NCBI GenBank assembly: GCA_965238075.1
Contig: OZ250173.1
Span: 672,001-736,000 of the forward strand
From: Candidatus Entotheonellaceae bacterium
GTDB lineage: Bacteria; Tectomicrobia; Entotheonellia; Entotheonellales; Entotheonellaceae
Direction: 5' to 3'
DNA: 64,000 bases
A model generated the notes under the pieces. The model had not been told where the DNA came from and searched no databases. It saw only the letters and a program-made list of their open reading frames with translations. Numbering within the stretch: the stretch's first letter is position 1; each line of letters begins with the position of its first letter. Below, in pieces: positions 9,461 to 18,753 of the stretch. Both the position numbers and the translations under genes were made by a program.

Positions 9461-10897
9461 GTGACCATGATGTCTAGTAGCACGCTGGAGCGCGTCAGGG
9501 TTCACGCCGGCCTGATGCTCGTGCTCGTCATTCTGTGTGTCGCAATGGCCGCGCGACCAGCGTTTGCCCGAACTGAGCCATCGGCCGTTAAAATGTTGAC
9601 GGTCGACGAAGCCGTGGCGCTGGCGGTCCGCAACAGCCCGGAAATCAAGGCCGAACAATTTGCCGTCCTGATGCGCCAGAGCCAACGCGCTCAGGCCGAC
9701 GCCGCCCGCTTCGCCCAGCTTGACGTGACCGTCGTCGGTGGCCCATCGCCGCGTGCCCGCGGCGACCAAGTCGACTCGCCGGATTCCAAAAACTCCGTGA
9801 GCGTGTCGGGTGTCTTTGGCCTGGCAACCTTCAATATCATCCAGCCGATTTATGCGTTCGGTAAAATCAACAACCTGCGCGCCGCCGCCACCCACGGCAT
9901 GGCGGTCGAGGAAGCCCGCGTGCACCAGAAGGCGACGGAAGTGGCGATGCTGGTGCGCGAGGCGTATTACGGTTATCTGCTAGCCACCTCCCTGGAAAAC
10001 CTGGCCCTGGAGATCGGCGCTCAGCTCGGCGGCACCATGAAGAAGGTGCAGCGCCAGCTTGACGCCGGAGTGCCGGGCGTGGACAACGTGGACCTGCTCA
10101 AGCTGCGCACCTTTCAGGGGCAGTTGGAGAAGCAGCTGAACGACATCCGCCAAGGCAAGGCGTTGGCGTTGACGGGCCTGCGCACCCTGACGGGCCTGGA
10201 ACCGGCACTGCCCATTCAACTCGCCGATAGCCGGCTGCAGCCGCTGGAACGCGAGTCACCGCCGCTGGACGAATCTCTCAGTGACGCAATGCGCCTGCGG
10301 CCCGAGTTGGTTCAGGCGCGCGAGGGCGTCAAGGCGTTCGAGCGTTTGCTGTCAGCGGCCAAGGCGGATTACTACCCGCTGTTTTTTGTGGGGCTGTTCG
10401 GTAGCCTGGCGGAAGCCAACAACCGCGACCGCCTCAGCAATCCCTTCCTCAACGACCCCCTGATGGACGACGTGCTGGCACCGGTAGTCGGCATGCGCTG
10501 GCATTTCGATCTTGGCGTTACCGCGGCCAAGGTCGATGAGGTGGCGGCCGAGTTCGGCCAGGTGCAGCAACAGCACGCCCTGGCGGAGCAAGGCATCCCC
10601 TTCCAGGTGCGGCAGGCGTACCTCGAACTGGAGCAGCATCAGGCCAACATCACCGCGACCCGCAAGGCGTTTCGCAGCGGGCGCCAGTGGCTGGTGGCGG
10701 CAGTGGCCAATTTCGATCTTGGGGTTGGCGAGGGCAAGGACGTGGCCGAGGCCGCATTGGCATACGCGCAATTGCACGCCGCCTATTTCCAGACCGTTTA
10801 CTACTACAACCTCAGCCTCGCCAAGCTCGATCACCGGGCCGGCCGCGACGTGGCCGCGGTGCGTGAGCACCTGCCGCCGATGCCGCAGGTGCGGTGA
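9461..10897 (+). CDS. TolC-family outer-membrane efflux protein
   Basis: Signal peptide; LTVDEAVALAVRNSP; two OEP-like repeats (QPIYAFGK...VREAYY; AKADYYP...VRQAYL). Confidence 0.78.
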   Translation: MTMMSSSTLERVRVHAGLMLVLVILCVAMAARPAFARTEPSAVKMLTVDEAVALAVRNSPEIKAEQFAVLMRQSQRAQADAARFAQLDVTVVGGPSPRARGDQVDSPDSKNSVSVSGVFGLATFNIIQPIYAFGKINNLRAAATHGMAVEEARVHQKATEVAMLVREAYYGYLLATSLENLALEIGAQLGGTMKKVQRQLDAGVPGVDNVDLLKLRTFQGQLEKQLNDIRQGKALALTGLRTLTGLEPALPIQLADSRLQPLERESPPLDESLSDAMRLRPELVQAREGVKAFERLLSAAKADYYPLFFVGLFGSLAEANNRDRLSNPFLNDPLMDDVLAPVVGMRWHFDLGVTAAKVDEVAAEFGQVQQQHALAEQGIPFQVRQAYLELEQHQANITATRKAFRSGRQWLVAAVANFDLGVGEGKDVAEAALAYAQLHAAYFQTVYYYNLSLAKLDHRAGRDVAAVREHLPPMPQVR

Positions 10898-10926
10898 GGC
10901 ATGGTGTTTGATGGCGGGATAAGGAC

Positions 10927-11547
10927 ATGACTATGCTGGGCAGATGGGTTGTCGGGATCGCGGTTTTAGGCCTGTTGACGGGGGCCGCCGGCGCCGGGGA
11001 ACCTCTGGACAAGATTCGCGAGACCGTCGAGGCCGTGCTGTCCGTCCTCGGCGACGAGACCCTGCAGGCCCCGGAGCGTCGGGAATTGCGCCGCGGCAAG
11101 CTGAGCCAGGCGGTGCAGCAGCGGTTCGGCTTTGAAGAGATGGCTCGGCGCGCCATGGGGCGGCATTGGCGCGACCTGAGCGCAGACCAGCGGCAGGAAT
11201 TCGTCGCCCTGTTCAGCGACCTGCTGGAACGTTCATACGTCGGCAAAATCGAGGGCACCGGGGCCGGCAGTCAGGTCGCCTACCCCAAGGAAACGATTGA
11301 TGACGAGGGCTTTGCCTCGGTCCTGACCGTGATTACCAATCGCCTGGGGTCACAGGTGGAGGTCGAATACCGCCTGCTGCAGCGCGGCGGCAACACGCCC
11401 TGGGTGGTGTACGATATGGTCATCGAAGGCGTCAGCCTGATCAACAACTACCGCACCCAGTTCAACAACATCATCCATCGAACGTCCTACGACGGCCTCG
11501 TCAAACAGCTGCGCCTCAAACAGGAGCAGGAAGAAGCGACGGATTGA
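10927..11547 (+). CDS. mlaC: MlaC/Ttg2D periplasmic lipid-shuttle protein
   Basis: FEEMARRAMGRHW...QRQEFVALFSDLL; VYDMVIEGVSLINNYRTQF. Confidence 0.88.
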   Translation: MTMLGRWVVGIAVLGLLTGAAGAGEPLDKIRETVEAVLSVLGDETLQAPERRELRRGKLSQAVQQRFGFEEMARRAMGRHWRDLSADQRQEFVALFSDLLERSYVGKIEGTGAGSQVAYPKETIDDEGFASVLTVITNRLGSQVEVEYRLLQRGGNTPWVVYDMVIEGVSLINNYRTQFNNIIHRTSYDGLVKQLRLKQEQEEATD

Positions 11548-11552
11548 CAAGC

Positions 11553-12239
11553 ATGACGGCGCCACGATTCAAACCGGCATTCTTTGACTTCCTGCGTGAG
11601 TTGAAGGCCAACAACGAGCGGTCGTGGTTCGAGGCCAACAAGGCACGTTACCACGCTGACGTGCGCGATCCGATGCTCGATTTCATCGCCGCCTTCGCCG
11701 AGCCGCTCGCCGACATCAGTCCGCACTTCGTTGCCGACCCGCGAGCCAACGGCGGCTCCCTCTTCAGAATCTACCGCGACACCCGCTTCTCCCCGGACAA
11801 AACACCCTACAAGACCAACGCCGGGGCTCATTTCCGCCACGTCGCAGGCAAGGACGCGCACGCCCCCGGCTTCTATCTCCACCTGGAGCCAGACTCGTGT
11901 TTTGCCGCCTGCGGCATCTGGCATCCGGACGGTGAGGCATTGGCCAGTATCCGCAATGCCATCGTTGAGAACCCCGCCGACTGGACGCGTATCACCCAGG
12001 CGAAAGCCTTCCGCGAAACATTCAAGCTGATGGGTCAGTCCCTGAAGCGCCCACCGCGGGGTTACGACGCCGCCCATCCCTTGATCGACGACTTGAAGCG
12101 CAAGGACTTCATCGCGGGAGCGGTGTTCCGCGAAGCCGACGCCATCCGACCCGATTTCCTCCAGCGCTTTGCCCAAATCGCGCGGCGCGGCGGCGCGTTC
12201 GTCGGCTTCCTGTCGCGGACGGTTGGGGTGCCGTTTTAG
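11553..12239 (+). CDS. DUF2461-family protein
   Basis: FLRELKANNERSWFEANKARY; FRIYRDTRFSPDKTPYKT; LKRPPRGYD. Confidence 0.85.
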   Translation: MTAPRFKPAFFDFLRELKANNERSWFEANKARYHADVRDPMLDFIAAFAEPLADISPHFVADPRANGGSLFRIYRDTRFSPDKTPYKTNAGAHFRHVAGKDAHAPGFYLHLEPDSCFAACGIWHPDGEALASIRNAIVENPADWTRITQAKAFRETFKLMGQSLKRPPRGYDAAHPLIDDLKRKDFIAGAVFREADAIRPDFLQRFAQIARRGGAFVGFLSRTVGVPF

Positions 12240-12301
12240 GGGGGAGTGCCAGAAAGTGTGGGGCAATTGCAGATCTACGCGGGTGATGGCATAAAGTCCG
12301 T

Positions 12302-12610
12302 ATGGCCAGCCTGGAAGAATCCACCAGCCTTGTCCAACTGAAGGTCCGGCTGCTGGGCATCAGCCCCATGATATGGCGACGGTTGCTTGTACCCGCATCC
12401 GTGTCGCTGCGGGAGTTGCACGGCATCTTGCAGGTGAGCATGGGCTGCGAGGGCATTCACCTCTGCTACTTCGACATTCATGCCGTGCACGACGGCTCCT
12501 TCGAGTTGTCTACCCAAAGCCCGGACATTGCCCTTTCCCGGTTCCAGTATCGCGAGAGTGACCGTTTCGCCTACCTCGACGACATGGGCGACTACTGGGA
12601 GCACGAGGTC
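12302..12610 (+). pseudogene. Plasmid pRiA4b ORF-3-like protein, truncated and fused to the transposase fragment
   Basis: QLKVRLLGISPMIWRRLLVP...LRELHGILQVSMG...HL...DDMGDYWEHE; the C-terminal half is absent. Confidence 0.7.
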
Positions 12611-13491
12611 ATCGTGCTCGGCAAGGGACGTGATCGGCACGACGCGACCGGCCTGTCAATCGCCGAGGCCCAAGCTGAAGCGTTCTGCGCCTCCAGATCC
12701 GTCTGCCCCGGTTGTAGACGCCGGTTGTGCCGCAAGGGCAGCCGCTCCATCCGCTACCGCACGGTCTTCGTGATATCCCGGTCACCAGCCCGCGGTATTA
12801 CCAAGGTGCCTGCCACGGCCATCGTCCCAAGACCTTCAGCCCCCTGCACGATGTCCTGAAGGAGCAGGGAAGGCAGGAAAACCAGCCCGTCACCTTCCTG
12901 ACCGACGGTGGCGATACGCTGAGGACCATGGCGCAATACATGGCCCCAGCGTCCGAGCACCTGCTGGACTGCTTCCACATCACCATGCGCATCACCGTCA
13001 TGCGCCAGTATATCAAGGGACTCAGCCATGCAAATCCCGGTGGCGGGGAAGCCGTGGACCGTCTCCTGCGCCAGATCAAAGGCTACCTGTGGAACGGCAA
13101 CCTCCATGACGGCCGGCGTGCGATCGAGGGACTTGTCATGGAATTGGAAGGCATCGAGACGGACTATGCGGGCATTAAGGCGCAGCGAAAAGCTGCTGGC
13201 GAGTTCGATACCTACATCCGCAACAACGCGGGCATGATCCCCAATTACGCCGAGCGGAGACGCTGCGGTGAGCGGGTCTCCACCGGGTTTGTGGAGAGTG
13301 CCATCAACACGGTTGTCGGCAAACGGTTTGACAAGCGTCAGCAGATGCGTTGCTCGAAAGCCGGCGAGCATCTCATGCTGCAGGCCCGGACGCGAACCCT
13401 TGACGGCATGCTGCGGGGGAAATTCGAGCAGTGGTACCCAGGACTGAAGGCCGGAGACAGGGCAGCTGAAGCTGAACCATGCGCTGTCTGA
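12605..13491 (+). pseudogene. ISKra4-family transposase fragments (deletions plus frameshift)
   Basis: GLSIAEA, CPGC...RYRTVF/DIPVTSPR, FLTDGG, HLLDCFHITMRIT, GFVESAINTVVGKRF..KRQQMR; far shorter than an intact transposase. Confidence 0.75.
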
Positions 13492-13538
13492 TTGCCCCAC
13501 AGTTTTGGTACTCCCGCTTGAACGGGGGCCATGAGGGA

Positions 13539-13706
13539 TTCCCATTCCGCGACTGTCCGCTGTTGCATCTCCCTGATCCTCCCAAGCCCCCCGGTTCAAC
13601 GTCAGATGACGCCGCCGCTGGTGTCCTTGATCAGACCTTGCCTCTATAATCCACGGCCTCTAATTCGTACGATCAACACAACCACGACAGTGTGAAGGAG
13701 CTGAGC
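13539..13706 (+). promoter_or_regulatory. Conserved ~170-bp leader of the repeat-protein genes (copy 1) with TATAAT at 13645-13650 and AAGGAG RBS
   Basis: Near-identical copies precede 15132 (TATAAT 15070-15075) and 17602 (TATAAT 17540-17545); a truncated fourth copy lies at 18905-18963. Confidence 0.65.
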
Positions 13707-14621
13707 ATGACACGACTCATGAAGGCCCTGGTATTGACGGTGCTGTGCGGTGGTCTCGTCCTCAAGGCGGCCCTGCCAGCTACGGCGCAAACCCCGAGCC
13801 AGCTGCAAGCCCAGATTAACGCGCTGCAAGCCCAGAATAATACGCTGCAAGCCGATATTACGGCGCTACAGTCCAAGATTGCTACCCTGCAAAGCCTGAT
13901 TAACGGCGTGGCAGCGGGCATTCCCGACTGCATGACCACGGCGTCGGGAGCGGGGTCGGTCGACGATGTCGTCTTTACAGGCTGCAACGTGCATGTGCAA
14001 AACGGCCAAGGAGGCACCGATATCAGCAATGGCGTCGGCAATCTGATCATTGGCTACAATGAGACTGGTGGCTCCCTCGCCCGCAGCGGCTCGCATAATG
14101 TGGTGATTGGTCCTGAGCACAGCTATTCGGGTTATGGCGGTTTGGTGGCGGGCTTTGACAACACGGTGAGCGGGGCGTTTGCCAGCGTCAGCGGCGGTAA
14201 CGGCAACACGGCCAGCGGCGATTATGCCAGCGTCAGCGGCGGCGCTTTTAGTGAGGCCAGCGGCTTTGCTGCCAGCATCAGCGGCGGTTGGGACAACGAG
14301 GCCAGCGGCGATTATGCCAGCGTCAGCGGCGGTAGCACCAACAAGGCCAGCGCCCCCTATGCCAGCGTCAGCGGCGGCAAAAACAATGAGGCCAGCGGCG
14401 AGTATACCAGCGTCAGCGGCGGTGGCAGCAACACGGCCAGCGGCTCTCGGGCCAGCGTCAGCGGCGGTAAGGACAACGAGGCCAGAGGCTCTCGGTCCAG
14501 CGTCAGCGGCGGTAACGGCAACAGGGCCAGCGGCATTGCTGCCAGCGTCAGCGGCGGCAGTTATCGGAGGGTTACCGGGATGTATCACTGGAAGGCCGGT
14601 GGGCTCTTCCAGGCCCATTAA
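13707..14621 (+). CDS. Secreted 15-residue-repeat (ASVSGGxxNxASGxx) protein, paralogue 1
   Basis: Signal peptide ending ATA-Q; short heptad coiled coil; conserved PDC...GCNVHVQNG...NLIIGYNE...GSHNVVIG...YGGLVAG domain; 9 repeats; C-terminal WKAGGLF. Confidence 0.85.
   Translation: MTRLMKALVLTVLCGGLVLKAALPATAQTPSQLQAQINALQAQNNTLQADITALQSKIATLQSLINGVAAGIPDCMTTASGAGSVDDVVFTGCNVHVQNGQGGTDISNGVGNLIIGYNETGGSLARSGSHNVVIGPEHSYSGYGGLVAGFDNTVSGAFASVSGGNGNTASGDYASVSGGAFSEASGFAASISGGWDNEASGDYASVSGGSTNKASAPYASVSGGKNNEASGEYTSVSGGGSNTASGSRASVSGGKDNEARGSRSSVSGGNGNRASGIAASVSGGSYRRVTGMYHWKAGGLFQAH
14181..14585 (+). repeat. 45-nt coding tandem repeat, about 9 copies
   Basis: gccagcgtcagcggcgg-N-aac-N-gccagcggc recurring every 45 nt. 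Confidence 0.9.
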
Positions 14622-15131
14622 CATGGGCCGGCGGGGGTTTTCGGCGCCTGCAGGGCCCCCGTGCGCGGCGCCGGGCCAAGCGTTTCCCGCCGGACTCCCC
14701 AACGATGCCCTGCTTGAGGCGGCAGCGCCGAGCGGCTGTACCGGCACACCCCCGTCCCTGCAGCCGGCTCCGGGTGCGCTCAGAGAAACCCATTCGGTAG
14801 CGACCCCACCCGCTCGTGCAGGCGGCTTCCGAGAGGCCCACGGGGGCTAGGCTTCACGCCGCTCGCTCCACCCCTCACGAGCCGCCTGAGACCCTGGGCG
14901 GATGAGTTAGGAATCCCTACGCGGCGGCGCCGAAGGAGCTTTCGATTGGCGCTCGCCGTCGTCTTTCCATTCCGCGACTATCCGCTGTTGCATCTCCCTG
15001 ATCCTCCCAAACCTCCCGGTTCCATGTCCGATGGTAACGCCGCTGGTGTCCTTGATCAGACCTTGCCCCTATAATCCATGGCCTCCCATTCGTATGACCA
15101 ACACAGACACCACAGCGTGAAGGAGTTGAGC

Positions 15132-16960
15132 ATGACACGACTCATGAAGACCCTGATCTTGACGGTGGTTTGCGGTAGCCTCGCCGCCCTGCCGGCGACG
15201 GCACAGACCCCGAGCGAGTTGCAAGACCAGATTGACGCGCTACAAGCCCAGATTACCGCCCTGCAAAACGCATTCCCGGACTGCATGACCACGGCGTCGG
15301 GAGCGGGCTCGGTCGACGATGTCATCTTTACGGGCTGCAACGTGCACGTGCAAAACGGGCAGGGAGAAACCGATAGCAGCAACGGCGTGGGCAATTTGAT
15401 CATTGGCTACAATGAGGATGATGTCCTCGTTGGCTCCGGCGCTCCTGCCCGCGGCGGCTCGCATAATATGGTGATTGGCCCTCGGCACAGCTATTCGAGT
15501 TATGGCGGTTTGGTGGCGGGCTTTAACAACACGGTGAGCGGGCCGCATGCCAGCGTCAGCGGCGGTGGGTACACGAGGCCAGCGGCTGGGTCGCCAGCGT
15601 CAGCGGCGGTAGCACCAACAAGGCCAGCGAATGGCATGCCAGCGTCAGCGGCGGTTATGGAAACGAAGCCAGCGGCGCTTATGCCAGCGTCAGCGGCGGT
15701 CAGTACAATGAGGCCAGCGGCGATTATGCCAGCGTCATCGGCGGCAAAAACAATGAGGCCAGCGGCGAGACTGCCAGCGGCGGCGGCAGCAACACGGCCA
15801 GCGGCTCTCGGGCCAGTGTCGGCAGCGGTCAATACAATGAGGCCAGCGGCACTTTTGCCAGCGTCGGCGGCGGTGGCAGCAACACGGCCAGCGGCCATCG
15901 GGCCAGGGTCAGTGGCGATACGCTCAACGCGAGCAACATTGCGACCAACGCCAGCAACGTTGCCACCAACACCAGCAATGTTGCGACCAATACGGGCAGC
16001 ATTGCCACCAACGCGAGCAACATTACGACCAACACGGGCAACATTACGGCCAATACGGGCACTATTGCCACCAACGCGAGCGACATTGCCACCAACGCGA
16101 GCGACATTGCCACCAACACGGGCAACATTACGACCAACACGAGCGACATTGCCACCAACACGAGCGACATTGCCACCAACACGAGCAACATTGCCACCAA
16201 CACGAGCAACATTGCTACCAACACGAGCGACATTGCCACCAACACGAGCGACATTGCGGATTCATTTGTGCTTCCGGCCTGTATCAATACCGTTGCTGTT
16301 TCGGGGCAAGGCGTCGATGATGTGGTCTTTAGCGGCTGCAACGTGCATGTGCAAAACGGCAGTGGAAGCACCAACAACAGCAATGGCGTCGGCAATCTGA
16401 TTATTGGCTACAATGAGGATGACGTCCTCATTGGCTCCAATCATCCCACCTACGGCGACAATGACCGCGGCGGTTCGCATAATGTGGTGATCGGTCCTGA
16501 GCACAGCTATTCGAGTTACGGTGGTTTGGTAGCGGGCTTTTCCAACACGGTGAGCGAGAAGTATGCCAGCGTCAGCGGCGGCCATAACAACACGGCCAGC
16601 GGGGATTGGGCCAGCGTCAGCGGCGGCCATAACAACACGGCCAACGGCAATTCTGCCAGCGTCAGCGGTGGTTTCACCAACACGGCCAGCGGCGCTGCTG
16701 CCAGCGTCAGCGGCGGTCATACCAATGAGGCCAGCGGCGATTTTGCCAGCGTCAACGGCGGCAGAGACAACGAGGCCAGCGACACTGCTGCCAGCGTCAA
16801 CGGCGGTTATGGCAACGATGCCAGCGAGCAGTATGCCAGCATCAACGGCGGCTTATACAACGAGGCCAGCGGCCTTTATGCCAGCGTTAGCGGCGGCTAT
16901 AACCGGACGGCTTCCGGGCAGTACGACTGGAGGGCCGGTGGGCTCTTCGAGGACGATTAA
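15132..16960 (+). pseudogene. Repeat protein paralogue 2 (two head domains joined by an IxxNTxx coiled-coil stalk), split by a 1-nt deletion near 15572
   Basis: 'ggt ggg tac ac gag gcc' lacks one A of the consensus AAC; after a -1 shift the frame stays open through the repeats and heptads into ORF 16268..16960 (~609 aa in total). Confidence 0.8.
15938..16252 (+). repeat. 21-nt coding tandem repeat, 15 copies (IATNTSD-type heptads)
   Basis: attgccaccaacacgagcgac and variants counted directly. Confidence 0.9.
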
Positions 16961-17601
16961 CGCGGGCCAGCGGGGGGCTTCCGGCGCCTGTAGGGCCCCA
17001 TGCGCGGCGGCGGGGCAAGCGATTCCCGCCGGCCTCTCTAACGATGCCTTGCTTGAGGCGGCAGAGCCGAGCCGGCTGCAGCGGCACACCCCCGTCCCCT
17101 GCAGCCGGCTCCGGGTGCGCTCGGAGAAGCCCATGCAGTGACGACTCCGCCCGCTCGAGCAGGCGGCTTCCGAGAGGCCCGCGGGGCTGGGCTTCACGCC
17201 GCTCGCTTCACCCCTCACGAGCCGCCTGAGACCTTGGACGGATGAGTTAGGAAGCCCTACGCGATGACGCCGAAGGAGCTTTCGATTGGCGCTCGACGAG
17301 AAGCATGACGGCGAGGTCACTGGGCGTCCACCCACGCCCCGCTCGGCGATAGGGCATCCGGGCGCTGCCGCGGCATGAGCCATTCCATTGTCTGCAACTT
17401 CCGGCGGCGGGTGCGGCGTTTCTTGCCGTCGTCTTCCCATTCCGCGACTGTCCACTGTTGCATCTCCCTGATCCTCCCAAACCCCCCGGTTCAACGTCAG
17501 ATGGTGACGCCGCTGGTGTCCTTGATCAGACCTTACCTCTATAATGCACGGCCTCCCATTCATATGACCAACACAAACACGACAGTGTGAAGGAGTTGAG
17601 C

Positions 17602-18753
17602 ATGACCCGACTCATGAAGACCCTGGTATTGACGATGTTGTGCGGTGGTCTCGCCGCCCTGCCAGCGACGGCGCAGCCCCCGGGCGGCCCGTTGCAGGCC
17701 CAGATTAACGCGTTGCAAGCTCAGATGGCCGCCCTACAAGCCCAGATTGCCGCCCTGCAAAACGCCATCCCGGACTGCATGACCACGGCTTCGGGAGCGG
17801 GCTCGGTCGACGATGTCATCTTTATGGGCTGCAACGTGCATGTGCAAAACGGCCAGGGAAGCACCGCCAGCAGCAACAGCGTCGGCAATCTGATCATTGG
17901 CTACAATGAGAGTACTGGCTCCCCCGCCCGCAGCGGCTCGCATAATGTGGTGATTGGTCCTCATCACAGCTATTCGAGTTATGGCGGTTTGGTGGCGGGC
18001 TACAACAATATAGTGAGCGGGGCGTATGCCAGCGTCAGTGGCGGCAGAGACAACACGGCCAGCGACTTTTCTGCCAGCGTCGGCGGTGGCAGAGGCAATA
18101 AGGCCAGCGGCTGGTATGCCAGTGTCAGCGGCGGTCAGTACAATACGGCCAGCGGCTATTCTGCCAGCGTCATCGGCGGCAAAAACAATGAGGCCAGCGG
18201 CGATCATGCCAGCGTCAGCGGCGGCGGCAGCAACACGGCCAGCGGCTCTCGGGCCAGCATCGGCGGCGGTCAGTACAATGAGGCGAGCGGCACTTTTGCC
18301 AGGGTCAGCGGCGGTCACACCAACACAGCCATCGGCCATCGTGCCATTTCACCTGGGCTTCCGGCCTGTATGGATACCGTTGTTGTTGCGGGGCAGGGCG
18401 TCGATGATGTGGTCTTTAGCGGCTGCAACGTGCACGTGCAAAACGGCCAGGGAAACACTGATAGCAGCAATGGCGCCGGCAATCTGATCATTGGCTACAA
18501 TGAGAGTAACAGTGGTGGCTCCCCTGACCGCGATGGCTCGCATAATGTGGTGATTGGTTCGCTGCACAGCTATTCGAGTTATGGCGGTTTGGTGGCGGGC
18601 TACAACAATACGGTGAGCGGGGCGTATGCCAGCGTCACCGGCGGTTTCAACAACGAGGCCAGCGGCGATTATGCCAGCGTCAGCGGCGGCCTTAACCGGA
18701 CGGCTTCCGGGTCTCACAACTGGCGGGCCGGTGGGCTCTCCCAGTCCGATTAA
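17602..18753 (+). CDS. Secreted 15-residue-repeat protein, paralogue 3 (two head domains; 7+2 repeats)
   Basis: Same signal peptide, head domains and WRAGGL terminus as paralogues 1 and 2. Confidence 0.85.
   Translation: MTRLMKTLVLTMLCGGLAALPATAQPPGGPLQAQINALQAQMAALQAQIAALQNAIPDCMTTASGAGSVDDVIFMGCNVHVQNGQGSTASSNSVGNLIIGYNESTGSPARSGSHNVVIGPHHSYSSYGGLVAGYNNIVSGAYASVSGGRDNTASDFSASVGGGRGNKASGWYASVSGGQYNTASGYSASVIGGKNNEASGDHASVSGGGSNTASGSRASIGGGQYNEASGTFARVSGGHTNTAIGHRAISPGLPACMDTVVVAGQGVDDVVFSGCNVHVQNGQGNTDSSNGAGNLIIGYNESNSGGSPDRDGSHNVVIGSLHSYSSYGGLVAGYNNTVSGAYASVTGGFNNEASGDYASVSGGLNRTASGSHNWRAGGLSQSD

Larger units (their letters stand above)
12242..13515 (+). mobile_element. Internally deleted ISKra4-family (IS256-related) element with passenger gene remnant
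   Basis: Imperfect terminal inverted repeats gggagtgccagaaagtgtggggcaat (from 12242) and attgccccacagttttggtactccc (13491-13515) enclose transposase fragments. Confidence 0.75.

Noticed and set aside
14179-17141. ORF-track 'PASAA..TRPAA' and 'ATLPPTR' proteins
   Set aside because: They are alternative-frame readings of the 45-nt and 21-nt repeats
14181-18720. CRISPR array suggested by the regular 45-nt periodicity
   Set aside because: The repeats are in-frame coding units with two conserved blocks and only short variable patches; there are no 30-40-nt unique spacers and no cas genes
13707-18753. Diversity-generating retroelement (template/variable repeat pairs)
   Set aside because: No reverse transcriptase in the window, and differences between copies are not restricted to adenines
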